Positions 13,420-25,518 of a stretch of 64,000 bases of DNA are shown here, piece by piece. Source of the stretch: Octopus sinensis (Eukaryota); assembly GCF_006345805.1 (NCBI RefSeq), contig NC_043002.1, forward strand, positions 94,674,001-94,738,000. The letters run 5' to 3'. Positions within the stretch are counted from its first letter, which is position 1, and each line of letters opens with the position of its first letter. Made by a program: the position numbers and the translations under genes. The notes beneath the pieces are model-generated. The model had not been told where the DNA came from. It saw only the letters and a program-made list of their open reading frames with translations, and did no database searches.

Positions 13420-13615
13420 TATATTTAAGAGATAAGGAATTATGTACATTATTTACATTTGACAGATATTTGTCCTCAACTTACTTGTTGTTAACACAAC
13501 GTATCGGCTGATATACCCTCCAACCTTCATCAGGTGTCTTGGGAAAATTTTGAACCTGGGTTCTCATTCCTAAGTTATATTTCGATGTTATTATTGTTGT
13601 TATTATTCAGGTCAA
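13420..13615 (-). mobile_element. Hammerhead-bearing SINE, copy 1 (head missing)
   Basis: Reverse complement reads GACAC CTGATGA A GGTTG..CAGCC GATA C GTT GTGTT (13493-13538); homologous to 15263-15420 and 20440-20728. Confidence 0.8.
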
Positions 13616-15262
13616 TGACAAACAGCTGGAGACACTAATGCAGACAGTTCATGGATTTACCAAAGAAATAGATATGAAATATGGATTAGAAAAATGCACC
13701 AAAGTAACCCTGAAAAGAGGGAAACTAGTTAAGAGTAGCAACATCACACTAGATAAAACCAATGAAATAAGAGAATTAGACCAAAGCCAAACTTACAAAT
13801 ATTTAGGAATCCATGAACTAGATATAATACAACACACACAAATGAAAGAGAAAATAAAGAAAGAATACTATAGACGAGTTAGATCAATACTAAAAACAAG
13901 ATAGTAGATATTAACACTTTAGCCGTCCCATATATAAGTTACAGCTACAATATCCTTAACTGGACACTAAATGAACTAACCAAAATAGACAGGAAAACAA
14001 GAAAAATAATGACAGGATCTAGGATGCATCACCCAAAATCTGACATAGAAAGGTTATATATACAACGTATAGAAGGTGGCAGAGGCCTTACTGCTGAAAA
14101 ACTATTATGAAATAACCACCATAGGACAGCAAAAATATCTACTTCAGAAGCAAGGAAAACTGATACAAATAGCGACAAAACACGAGCAAAACAAAATGAC
14201 TGTTCTCAGTATTTAAGGAAGCTGACAAATACAAACAATAAATCATATCACAGAAGAAGAAGAAGAAGAAGAAGAAGAAGAAGAAGAAGAAGAAGAAGAA
14301 GAAGAAGAAGAAGAAGAAGAAGAAGAAGAAGAAGAAGAAACAACAAAAGCTATAAAACAAATGAAATCCATACTAAAACTAGAACAGCAACAGACCATGA
14401 AAAAACGATGGCAAGAAAAGCCCCTTCATGGCAAATACTGGACTAAACTAAATGCAAAAGAAATAGACAAAGAAAATCCCAGCTATGTTTGAGAAGCTCA
14501 GGACTCAAAGCAGAGGCGGAGGGATTTATAATTGCAGCACAAGACCAAAGCCACTCCACCAGAAATTACCAAAGACATATAATGAAAAGAAACATAACAA
14601 GTAACTGCAGAATATGTGGAGATGGACAAGAAACAATAAATCATTTTATCTCTGGCTGCCCAGTCTTAGCTAAGAAGGAATATATTCACAGACACGAGAG
14701 TTGGGACCTACATACACTGGAAGCTTTGCCAACATTATGGAATAACAACAGAAAATAAATATAGGCACAAACCAGAAAAGTCACAGAAAACGAGAAAGCA
14801 ACCATACTCTGTGATATGCCAATACACATAGATAGAGAAATTGAGGCCAGTAGGCCAGATATTGTTGTCAGAGATCGTGAAGAAAAAAATGCTTTTTAAT
14901 TGATGTATCAATACCAGCAGATGACAACGCATCTCTAAAAGAAATGGAGAAACTTTCAAAATACAAAGACCTGGAAATAGAGATAACTCGAATGTGGAAT
15001 CTAAAAACAGAAACAATTCATATCATAGTGGGTGCATTAGGCATGATAAAAAAATATTCAGAAAAATACATAACAAAAACACCAGGACTTACAAACACAT
15101 ATAACATACAGAAAATTGCACTATTGAGCACTGCACACATCCTACGCAAAACATTTTCAATACAGTAACCATAAGAGCTTCACAACAAATCACAGCACAT
15201 ACTCAAGGCATACAGGGCTGCGCTCGGTAGTGAAGTGAAAGCACACTATAAAAATAAAACTA
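13616..15262 (+). mobile_element. 5'-truncated R4/Dong-clade LINE 3' part (thumb, CCHC finger, restriction-like endonuclease, 3' UTR)
   Basis: YKYLGIHELD, CRICGDGQETINHFISGCP, RPDIV and KYKDLEIEITRMW..IIVGALG; the 3' UTR ends in an (AAT)n tail. Confidence 0.9.
14253..14339 (+). repeat. Pure (GAA)n tract, about 29 units, inside the LINE
   Basis: Read directly. Confidence 0.97.
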
Positions 15263-15420
15263 CTGAATAATAATAATATCGAAAATACCTTAGGAATGAG
15301 AATCCAGGTTCGAAATTTCCCCCAAGACAACTGATGAGGGCTGGAGGCTGATAGCCGAAATGTTGTGTTAACAACAAACAAGATGAGGACAAATAACCGT
15401 CAAATGTAAATAATGTAATT
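15263..15420 (+). mobile_element. Hammerhead-bearing SINE, copy 2 (3' body only)
   Basis: GACAA CTGATGA G GGCTG..TAGCC GAAA T GTT GTGTT at 15326-15369; an inverted homolog of 13420-13615. Confidence 0.8.
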
Positions 15421-16065
15421 AACTATATTTCTTAATTCACACACACACACACAGAGTCTCTCTGTTTCTCCCTTTTTCTCCCTCGTTCTTTCTCGCCTAA
15501 TTTTCCGTCCTAACTCTCCACATCTCTCCTTCATTGCATATATTTCCCCATTTGTCTCTCCCTACTCTCCATTGAATTGTAAAAGCTGGAAACGTTATCA
15601 TTTCCAATCTTCAGCACAAATTTATTGACAGTCTCCAAATTTTCCTTCGGATTAATTCTTTCTGACTCAACCCTTACTAGACTTCTGGACTCTGTACAGA
15701 CTAAAAATTCCAAGTGTTTTACCGTCGCTATTGCACTTTTCATACTCAATAATCAACTTCAGAAACCGCCTAAGCCAGATGAAACGACAAAACGTTGAGT
15801 TAAACACGCTTCAACGCTTTGCCCAAAGTTGCCAGCCTTGACTTCACATTTATATCTTTTAGGATTTATAAAATAGGTATCAGTAGTATATTATCCTTAA
15901 TCCAAACATACGACTGCACAAGGCAAATTAGTGTTTTTAAGATACTACATCAATGTCTATTTTCGCATATACCGTTTCAAAAACAGAATTATTGTGGCTT
16001 TTAAATTAGTTTGGTCACACCATTGTAGTCTTTCGGCAGTTATTTAAAGATCATATGATGCATTA

Positions 16066-16277
16066 CGAGGGAGTGCTGAAAAGTTCTTGGCTTTCAGAGT
16101 ATCGCGACAAACCTGTTGGAAGCCCAATCTTCCGAGTTCTTTTTCAGAGCTTATAAAGAGTGAAGGACCGCTGCAATAAGCATGTGAATCTGAGAGAGGG
16201 AATATGTTGAATAAAATCATAACTGATCCTCCTGTATTTTCTTTTACACAAAGCCAGGAACTTTTCAGTACCCCTCG
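16066..16277 (+). mobile_element. Mariner-derived MITE (212 bp)
   Basis: TIRs CGAGGGAGTGCTGAAAAGTTCTTGGCTT / AGCCAGGAACTTTTCAGTACCCCTCG with TA TSD; retains only the transposase C-terminal KHVNLRGEYVE*. Confidence 0.88.
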
Positions 16278-16820
16278 TATGTGCTTACCGAGCTAGCTTG
16301 TTATGCCGGTAAATCTATTTCAAGTGTCACCATACCATCTTTACAATAAGAAACTTTGAATAATATAATTCTCGATAGACAATGCCCCAAAAATGTGAGA
16401 CAGCTACAACTGGAATGTATTTTGCTTATCGGTATACTGAACCAGAAGTGACCTAGAGCGAAATAACACCAACAACAAAAGCAACAGCAACACCCAATAC
16501 TCTTCTAATACAGTAAATTTATGAATTGTATTTTAAAAGCTAGATTCTTGTCCAAGAAAATTTTTGTTTAAATGATTTCTTTTTGAATGTTTTTCTACAC
16601 TATGCTAGAAAGAGGTACACTTTTCAACTTCTGAATCGTAATATTAAAGATGATTATAAAAAACTATACATACTACACGGTTTTCTTAATGCCTGCATTG
16701 CAGCTGGTATTGAACAGGAGCTATTTAAAAAACATTTGATTACCCTGAAAAGAAAATATACAAAATAAACAGTATAAATACTATATGTCGTTGTAAAAAA
16801 AAACATTTAATTTGCAAATA

Positions 16821-17995
16821 TGAGGTGGGTGAAGCCTGAATAGTTTATAGGCTGACTATGAAGGAGTGATGCTAGAGCTATGAAATCTTGCATGCATTAA
16901 TTTCAACTCCGCTTATTATTTAGCTTCTTTCTTTCCAGGTAAACTCACATTAGACTGTTCAAAGAAGACTTCAGAAGTTTCTAGTAGTGACTTCTCTTGA
17001 AAATGGATAAAATTTGGCATTATGGTGTTATGTACCTGCAGAGAAACGGTTTAGCCCCCAATGACATTCATGCTAATATGGTTGCAACATTAAGGGGTGA
17101 CGCTTCAGCTTTATCGACAGTGCAAAAGTGGGCAGCTGAATTTAGGAGGGGAAGGGAGAGCCTTGAAGATGACCGAAGGCCTGGGTATGCTGAAACTACC
17201 ACCACCGAGGAAGACTTTGATCGTGTTCATCACATGGTGATGGATGACAGGTAGTAAACTATAAATCAAATAGCCAATGTTATTAGCACATCCCGTCAGA
17301 AAGTTGGGAACATTCTGAATGACGAAGGTCTCTGCGTGGTGGGTTCCACGTCTTCTGACACCTGATCAAAAGCGAACAAGGTTGATCACATCACGGGAAA
17401 ATTTGATACTGTTTGAGGCAGATCCAGCTCTTTCACTGTCCCTTTAACCTAGGGTAAGTGTTGGTTTCGTCACTCTCAACCAAAGATAAAAAGACAATTC
17501 ATGCAATAGAAACACTCCTCCCCGCCTGCTCCAAAGAAGGCCATGGTCATTTCCTTTGCAGGGAAGGTGATGGCTTCAGTTTTTAGGGATGCAAAAAACA
17601 TTACTGAGGCAGTTACGAAACGCTATCGAGATCAAACACCCAATTAAACTGACGAAAGGACTCTTGTTTCATCAGGCAATGCTTTAACACACAAGTTCTT
17701 AGTTTCAATGACTGCAGTGCGTAACTATGCCTTTCAACTAGTTAATCAACCTCATCTGACTACCATATGTTCCCCAACATGAAAAAGTACATACTGGGAG
17801 CCAGTATCGCAGTGGTGACATTATATCTGTTGTTGATGACTCTTTTTTTACCAACAGGATGAAAATTTCTTTGCCAACGGGATCGAAGCGCTACAACACC
17901 GATGGAAGAAGTATGTCGACAGTGAAGGAGAGTATATTGAAAAATAATCCTCATTTAGTCACATTCTAGCCTATGAACTTTTAAGCCAACACTCA
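16821..17995 (+). mobile_element. Decayed irritans-type mariner
   Basis: Degenerate TIRs with TA flanks; MDKIWHYGVM..VQKWAAEFRRG, WVPRLLT and C-terminal GEYIEK*. Confidence 0.85.
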
Positions 17996-18894
17996 TATAT
18001 ACAAGCACTCTAAGATATTTAATTTGCTCATAGAAACACTTACCCACACTTTGTTTGGTTATTCTTCGCGCACCCGTCTTTTATGTCGGAAGCGCAATCA
18101 GCATAAACAACTGTTACAACTACAAATGAAAAGAAAAACAAATTAGAGGACAGAATATATATTATTTTTAAATATATAATTTGGGGTTTATCAGAAGATA
18201 TGCTAAAACCAAATTAAGATAGTGTTTGTAGAAATAAACAACAAATTTTACAATGATGACGATAAAAGAGAAGTACAGCCAACCGTCTCTCGTAAGCGAG
18301 TGTGCTTTAGTAACATGTATACGCTTTTACAAATTGTTTTAAGTGCCTGTGTTGTAGCGAGCCAGCACAGACACCCTCTCGATCGCATAAATCTTGACCC
18401 TACTGCACATCAAGGAGGCTACTCTAGTACATGGCACGTGGAGTGACATGAAATAATGCACTTTACTCAAAAATAAAATATGTCCAGGAACTGAGCCCAA
18501 AAGACTATGGTCATGAACAGAACACCCTAACCAGTTGAGCACGAACCATCACATCGGAGTATAAAGCGAAATTGTCCATAGATACAACACTCCAAGAAAC
18601 GTTATAAGCGTAAATTTTTACCTTGACTACTTGCGCACACTTTGACTCACAGTAACACTATCCTTTGTTGAACAATATAATTTGAACAAACATTATAGTC
18701 AAACAATATTTTATTATTTTTCATTGTATGTAAATTTCTAAACATACTTTTAAAAAGTACAAATTTGTTAGCAGCGATATTTTTATTGCTTTTGAGTCAA
18801 AGCGAGGCTATGCTATAGCTCAAAACATTGATGAGATACAGAAAAAGTTTGGCCAAAAGTTCGTCAAAAACACGTGTTAGATCTGACTAAGACG

Positions 18895-19295
18895 ATTTCA
18901 TCAACTCCAATGCTCAACCGGTACTTCATTTCATTGATCCCAAAAGGATGAAAGGCAAAATTGACCTCGGCGGAATTTCAATTCAGAACACAATGATCCC
19001 GAAGAAATGTCGCTAAGTTTGTTTTTGTTTTTTTTTTGTCCGGTGTGAAACGAATCTGCAAGCTGGGTACCTCGATGATGATGATGATGATCCTTTCTAC
19101 TATAGGCACAAGGCCTGAAATTTCAGGGAAAGGGGGCTAGACGATAACATTGACCCAAGTGTTTAAATGGTGTTTATTTTATCGACCCCGGAAGGATAAA
19201 AAGCTAAGTCAACTTCGACGGAATTTGAACTGAAAAAGTAAAGACGAACGAAATGCCATTAAGCATTTTACCCGGCGTGCTAACGATATTACTAA
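18895..19295 (-). mobile_element. Two adjacent OK/OR-like SINE copies
   Basis: AGGATGAAAGGCAAA..GACCTCGGCGGAATTT..AACTCAGAAC core repeated, separated by a (GAT)n tail. Confidence 0.8.
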
Positions 19296-19304
19296 CTCGT
19301 CACT

Positions 19305-19557
19305 TTGATGAGGAGAAGAAGAAGAAGAAAATTATTCACCTCTGGAAACAAAAGGGAAAGGGAAAAGAAAAAGAAAAAGAAGAAAAAAGAAAACGAAAAA
19401 AAGAAAGACAGAAAAAGAGAAAGAGAAAGGAAAAGAGAAAAAGAAAAGAAAAAGGAAAAGAGAAAAAGAAGAAAAAGGAAAAGAGAAAAAGAAGAAGAAA
19501 AAGAAAAAGGAAAGAAAAAAGAAAAAGACGAAGAAGCAGAAAAAGAAAATAAAAAGA
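19305..19557. repeat. Purine-rich low-complexity tract (GAA/GAAAA)
   Basis: Read directly; produces spurious K/E/R-rich ORFs. Confidence 0.9.
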
Positions 19558-19559
19558 AG

Positions 19560-20625
19560 GTTAGTTGCTTTAGCCTTGATCTAACCTTCTGTAGTCCTAC
19601 GCAAAAGTCAAACGCGCACTATCAGCTGAGAAAGAATGGACCTCGCCTCAACTACCTTCTTTTCGTGGATGGTTTAAAACTGTTCGCTAAAACAGAGCCT
19701 GAAATAGCGAGAGTGCTTGAGACTGTGCAGCAAATTGAAACGGGGGAAAAGAGCAAAGAGCAAAAGGAGAGCGAATAGAAGACCCGGATGATGATGGGTA
19801 CAAGTTGTTGGGATCCTGGAGCTGGACAATATCTTGCACGGAGAAATGAAAGACAAGGTCATCACTGCATATTTGAAGCGCCTCAAACTTCTCGAAGTCG
19901 AAACTCAAATTAAGAATCCTTGTGACTGCTATGACCATATAGGCTGTTGCTGTAGTTCGCTATAGTGCACCCATTCTGAAATGGACACGAGCGGAGATTA
20001 ACCAGCTCGATCACACTACCCGAAACCTTCACTGGCTACAATGCCGGAAGTGTGGATACGAATTAACGGGTGCTTAGTACCAACATACACCAGAAAAAAA
20101 GATCTGGAAATTTTAGAAATATGCTATAATCAAGTGTATTGCAGAAATCGGCATTATTTGGAATTGCACGCATATTGCGTAAAGTACTATGTGTCTGAGG
20201 TCCTTGTTGTCACTTCACAAATAGTACCCCTCTCCCACCCCGGTGCACACAAAATCTTCAGCCAACAACATCACGGTATTGGATACTGTGCGATGTCTTA
20301 ACTGATAATTCTTTCTACTAAAGGCACCAAGCCTGAAAAAAAGAATAATGAAAAACTAGTGCTATTACCTATGGGGCATAAACCAAAACACTGTTTTCTA
20401 TCTTCAAGGAAGCTAATACATACAAAACAACAGTTGAAATACAGTTCTATATTTAAGAGATGAGGAATTATGTACACTATTTACATTATTTACATTTGAC
20501 GGATATTTGTCCTCATCTTGTTTGTTGTTAACACAACGTTTCGGTTGATGTACCCCCCAGCCTTCATCAGGTGTCTTATGGGAAATTTCGAACCTGGGTT
20601 CTCATCCCTAAGGTATTTTTCGATG

Positions 20626-20660
<35 letters not shown>

Positions 20661-21290
20661 TTTATCTTTATTATTCAGGTCACTGCCTGGAATCGAACTC
20701 AGAATCTTGAGCTTAGTAGCTATAGCATGATATGCCCCAACATAGTTAATCCCTGAAAAGGCTGAAGTAAACAAAGAAATTTTCACAATACCAGCTGTAA
20801 TGAAGCAGAATGTAGTGACTGCAGAATATGTCGAGATGAGCAAAGTTTACCACATTGCTTCTGACTGCCCTGTCTTAACCAAGAGAGAATATCTCTACTA
20901 GAATGATAGAGTTGGAACTTCAACTGGGAGATATGTCAGTATTATGAAATACCCACAAAAACGAGGTATTACAGGTATAAACCAGAACATATCTACGAGA
21001 ATGGCAAAACGACCATAGTCTGAGATGTGTTAACACACACAAACAGGGAGGCCAACTCTAACTACCAAGATCTTGTTATCAAGCCTTGAGAAAAAGAAAT
21101 GCCTTCAAGTATAAAGATCTAGAAACAGAGATAATTTGACTGCAGAGGGCTTGAAAGCAGAAACAATCCTCGTAATAATAGATGCTTCGGGAAGAATAAA
21201 TATGAAGATAAATACCACGATTTAGAACGGTCATAGGCAACCTACTGTTTCTGAATCGCACGCCTTACAAAAAATTACCCTAGTTATTTA
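19560..21290 (+). mobile_element. Heavily deleted R4/Dong-like remnants, interrupted by a SINE
   Basis: GPRLNYLLFVDGLKLFA, LGSWSW/ELD region, KDLEI, and CRIC-like fragments near 20.8 kb. Confidence 0.6.
20440..20728 (-). mobile_element. Hammerhead-bearing SINE, copy 3 (full length with tRNA-like head)
   Basis: Minus strand: head with box B GAGTTCGATTCC (~20690-20701), internal (AAT)n, then GACAC CTGATGA A GGCTG..CAACC GAAA C GTT GTGTT (20530-20575) and a tail ending CTCTTAAATATAGAACT. Confidence 0.85.
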
Positions 21291-21372
21291 GTAGTGTGGC
21301 CTGGTGTTCAGTTATGTCTCGTGTGGCCCGCTTCTCGAAAACAGTTGTCCATGCCTGATTTAGTATCTTCAA

Positions 21373-21759
21373 TCCATATATATAAAGCTGAAGTTGTCTG
21401 TGTGTGTGTGTGTGTGTGGCAAGTTTGGTAGCCTTCAACTAACACTGTCTCCTCCGAGACCCTGCGGCGCAAGTTGACCAAAATTGCTCTTCATTCCGTA
21501 GAAGAAAAAATTCAAATTGGACTATGTTAACACCAAAAATTATTTACATCAAAAATGTGCTTTTTTTTCTATGAAAATCCCTATTTTTTACTATTTTTTT
21601 ACTGCTGTGTCGCCATTTTTTTGGTGTATTTCAGCCAGAAAAATGTTCACTTAAAGAGAATAACAAGCTACATAATGCAAAAATTTTACTTTTCAAAAAT
21701 TCCAAGTCTAAAGGGTCGAAAAGAAAACAAACCCGAGCAACGCCGGGCTATATTGCTAG
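21373..21759 (+). mobile_element. Non-autonomous Helitron
   Basis: Begins A|TC(CATATATATAAA), has subterminal hairpin CCCGAGCAACGCCGGG, ends CTAG|T; no TSD. Confidence 0.88.
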
Positions 21760-21876
21760 TAAAATATAAAGAAAGAAACTAGTATTTGACTAGTGTCTTT
21801 TTCTATTAGACTCCGATAGGATGAAAGGCAAAGTTGACCCAAATGAAATGTAAACTCAAAACATAAACAGCCAGAA

Positions 21877-22200
21877 TGAATATCGATTTCAAATTTTGGC
21901 ACAAGATCAGCAATTTCGGTCGAAGCAAGCAAGTAAATTACATCGATCCCAGTTCTCAACTGGTACTATTTTATCGATCCCGAAAAGATGAATATCGATT
22001 TCAAATTTTGGCACAAGGTCAGCAATTTCGGTCGAAGTAAGCAAGTAAATTACATCGATCCCAGTTCTCAACTGGTACTATTTTATCGATCCCGAAAAGA
22101 TGAAAAGCAAATTTGACCTCGGCAGAATTTGAACTCAAGGCAGTATATACATCGAAAGACATCTTGTCCGACGCTCTAACGATTCTACTAATCCCCGCCA
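21877..22200 (-). mobile_element. SINE with a 112-bp tandem duplication
   Basis: The unit starting TGAATATCGATTTCAAATTTTGGCAC recurs at 21877 and 21989, with the junction TGAA again at 22101. Confidence 0.85.
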
Positions 22201-22499
22201 TTGATGATAATAACTATTTTGAACATGGATACAAGTTTGAAATTTGGTGGGAAAGGGTTAATCGATTAAATCGACTCCAGTACTTGTTTTGTACCTCATC
22301 TTATAGGTCTTGGAATAATGAAAGATACAGCTGACCACGACTGGATTTCAACTCGAAACTTAGAGAGCCTTGCCACTTTCGATTGATGTTGATGATGTAT
22401 AGCACCATTTGACCGTTTGTTCTTCATAATGATGTTTTTAGGTTACTCAGAAATCAAGCTAAAAATATAAAACTAGCGTATAAATAAGAAAAAATCGAC

Positions 22500-23075
22500 T
22501 CCCTTACCGGCAAGACTTCCGCCCGTCCCCCACCAAAAAAAAAAAACACCCGTAATTTTTTTTTTTTTTTTTCCGACACAAACACCCCTTTTCGGCTACG
22601 GGAAATACGAATCTGCAAAAAAAATTGGCAAAAATCGACAGTTCTAAATTACCACCCCATCTCCTTCGTTTTTAACTTTTTTCACAATTTTTTTTTGTCA
22701 AAATATGCGGAAAAATACGGAGATTATGATTCTGAAAACAATTTCCAAAAATCTTTATAAAATTTTTTTTAAGAATTTTTTTTTTAACTCTGCGGATAAA
22801 TACGGACATCACGATTCGGACAAAAATTTCAAAACATTTCTGTACTTACGGTTACGGTTTTCGGGTTAGGGTTAGAGTTTTAGGGTTAGTGTTGGGGGGT
22901 AAAAGTCAAAATTGAAGAAGTTGGGGGAAGTGGGGGAAATTCACAATGCCGATTTTTGGCAATTTTCCGGAACCTCCGTATCCGAAAACGGGGATTTTTG
23001 GCAAAAAATATTACAAAAATAAAAAAATTTGGGAGAAAATGGGAGGGGGACGGGTGGAAGTCTTTCCCTCTTAAC
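22500..23075. mobile_element. Foldback MITE-like element with internal TTAGGG-like repeats
   Basis: Terminal inverted motif AAGACTTCC(G/A)CCCGTCCCCC plus internal inverted blocks (TTGGCAAAAATCG / CGATTTTTGGCAA); non-coding. Confidence 0.6.
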
Positions 23076-24044
23076 TTGAAACGAATAAAACTGTAAGATG
23101 AAATAAAATTTGACCGTCGTCTGGAATTAACTAGAAGGATTCTAAGTTAGGAACTTTTCGTTTAACATTTCTAAATGAAACAGCAAAATTCAGAAAAATA
23201 ATGTTCCTGAGAGAAAAGAAAATGGTGATAATGAATTTGATTTTAAAGCAGATGATTACGTTTGTAAGCTGTTAGCTTCAGACTTTTTAAACGCATAAAG
23301 AACATTTCCAAAGGGCACAAGTACATGCAGGAGTGACGATATGAAATCCCACCACCTTGAAGAAATCAACCAACTAAGAATACTGTGAAAAAGTTGCAAA
23401 ATCACGCTGATGCTCCAGCATGGCCGAAGCTAGATGGCTGAAACAAGAGATGCATGCTTAAAAATTATTTTCAATGCAAGCAACTCGAAATCTGTTTCCT
23501 AAGACTTCGACAATGATTCTCAAAAAATTTTATAAGTGACAAAATTGCACAGTTATAAAAGAAAGGCTGCAAGTAGCAACGAAAGAGCTTTGCTAAACGA
23601 AAGCAAAACAAATGATCTACTGTTTAACCAAATTAAACAAACAATTGATTAATTAGTTGGATACTTAAACAATTGATAAATAATAAAGGAGTGGAATTGA
23701 ACCAGTGCGTGTGTTAATAATATTGGCATAATGACTTTCCCTCGACACAACAAAATTCATTCCTTTTTTTTTTTTTCTGAACAACAAATTAATTCAGTTT
23801 AAGAGACTTACCAGCAAGCAAAACCACAGCAACAACAACGAGCAACTTCATTTTGGATTTCCGTTCGAAGTATTTAAAACAAAGTTATTAATGAACTGTA
23901 GCACTTCGTGTAGGCCTGGCCTCAAAACTTGGATCTGCGAGAGAGCTGGCGAGACTGTGTAGACGCTAACAAAAATTTCGTTAGTTATAATGACAGGTAG
24001 TATATAAAAGTTTTATATTGGGAGGTGTCGCAAGAGAACAAAAG

Positions 24045-24076
24045 GACAGAGAAAGCGAAAGAGAAAGAGGGAGAGG

Positions 24077-24130
<54 letters not shown>

Positions 24131-24155
24131 CAGGCAGACAGATAGACAGACAGGC

Positions 24156-24238
<83 letters not shown>

Positions 24239-24610
24239 AAGAAAGAGAAAGAAGGAAAGAGGGCGGATAGAAAGGTGGAGAGAGAAGAGAAAGGGAAGGA
24301 AGAGGTGGAGGAAAAGAGTGAGTGAGTGAGTGAGTGAGTGAGTGTGTGAGTGAGCGAGTGTGTGAGTGAGTGAGTGAGTGAGTGTGTGTGTGTGTGTGTG
24401 TGAGTGAGTGAGTGAGTAGGTGAGTGAGTGAGTGAGTTAGTGTGTGAGTGAATGGGTGAGTGAATGAGTGAGTGAGTGAGTGAGTGAGTGAGTAGGTGAG
24501 TGAGGGAGGGTCATACGGAGAGAGAGGGGGAAGTGGAGATAAAGAGGGAGGGGAGATGGAAGAAAGGGGAGGTGAGAGAGGGAGGCAGGGATGGTGAGAG
24601 GGATACAGTG
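24045..24610. repeat. Compound microsatellite (GA)n,(GACA)n,(GAAA)n,(GAGT)n,(GT)n
   Basis: Read directly. Confidence 0.95.
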
Positions 24611-24941
24611 GGAAGGAAGGACAAGTAGAAGTTGATTGATTGTCCCTAGTTCAATATTCTAAATGCATTCATGTTCCATTTCGTTGAACAAAATAATAAT
24701 ACGCTTTAACTAAACACTCTTCTTTCTTGCCAATGCAATATTTTGTTCACCAGTCTTAAGTAATATGTGTGTTTGTATAGTATATGTTATATATGTATAT
24801 TCGTACGTACATACATACATGTGCACGCACACAAATATATGTGTATATATAATATATACATTTATATACAAACACATAAATACTTATGTTTATAGAATAT
24901 AGGCGTGCATGTGCTATGTATTCTTACTAGTTAGTTTTGTG

Positions 24942-25376
24942 GGATCTTTTCGGTTTGAACGGCAGTTTTTAACATAATTTCTAGGTAACTAAAAAATCTT
25001 AAACTTCGTATACTGGTAGAATGTGTTTATAAAACATCTTTTTCTCTTGGCTTTATTCAGAAAATTCTAGAGTTTGTAACATATTTGGTCTTTAATTTCT
25101 TGCATTTCGTCAATTTCAACCAATCAATGACCGTCTATTGAGGCGAAAACATTCTGTGCCGTATGAATATGTCCCTCGTTTAAGAAATAGATTGGCTTTA
25201 TTTACATTTGTGAAGAAAAAAAAAGGTACCCTTCCCCCCATTCAAACCCTAACCCTAACTAACCATAAATCTAAAATAGATTGAAATGCAATAGATCGAT
25301 TCTAGGGTCATAATTATGGGTAACAATTTCATAAGACACCGCTAGAAAAAAACTGCCGTTCAAACCGAAAAGATCC
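24942..25376. mobile_element. Merlin-like MITE
   Basis: TIRs GGATCTTTTCGGTTTGAACGGCAGTTTT / AAAACTGCCGTTCAAACCGAAAAGATCC; imperfect flank duplication TTTTG-TG / TTTTGGTG. The same family at 59753 has an 8-bp TSD, typical of Merlin. Confidence 0.8.
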
Positions 25377-25518
25377 TTTTGGTGTAGTTAATACTTTAAA
25401 CATGCTCCTAACAAAAGACTCCAATCCTGTTCATGGAGACGATATTAATATCGGAAACGCAGGTTCTACTCAAAGATATTCTAGCCTATCCTAATGGTAA
25501 TTAAAGCTATTGCCATAT

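Noticed and set aside
15760-15800. Hammerhead-like CAGATGAAACGACAAAACGTT
   Set aside because: Lacks CUGANGA and a convincing stem II; similarity to the SINE ribozyme is too weak.
18232-18291. Candidate 60-bp symmetric exon (INNKFYNDDDKREVQPTVS) ending at GTAAGC
   Set aside because: Weak acceptor and no homology I can recognise.
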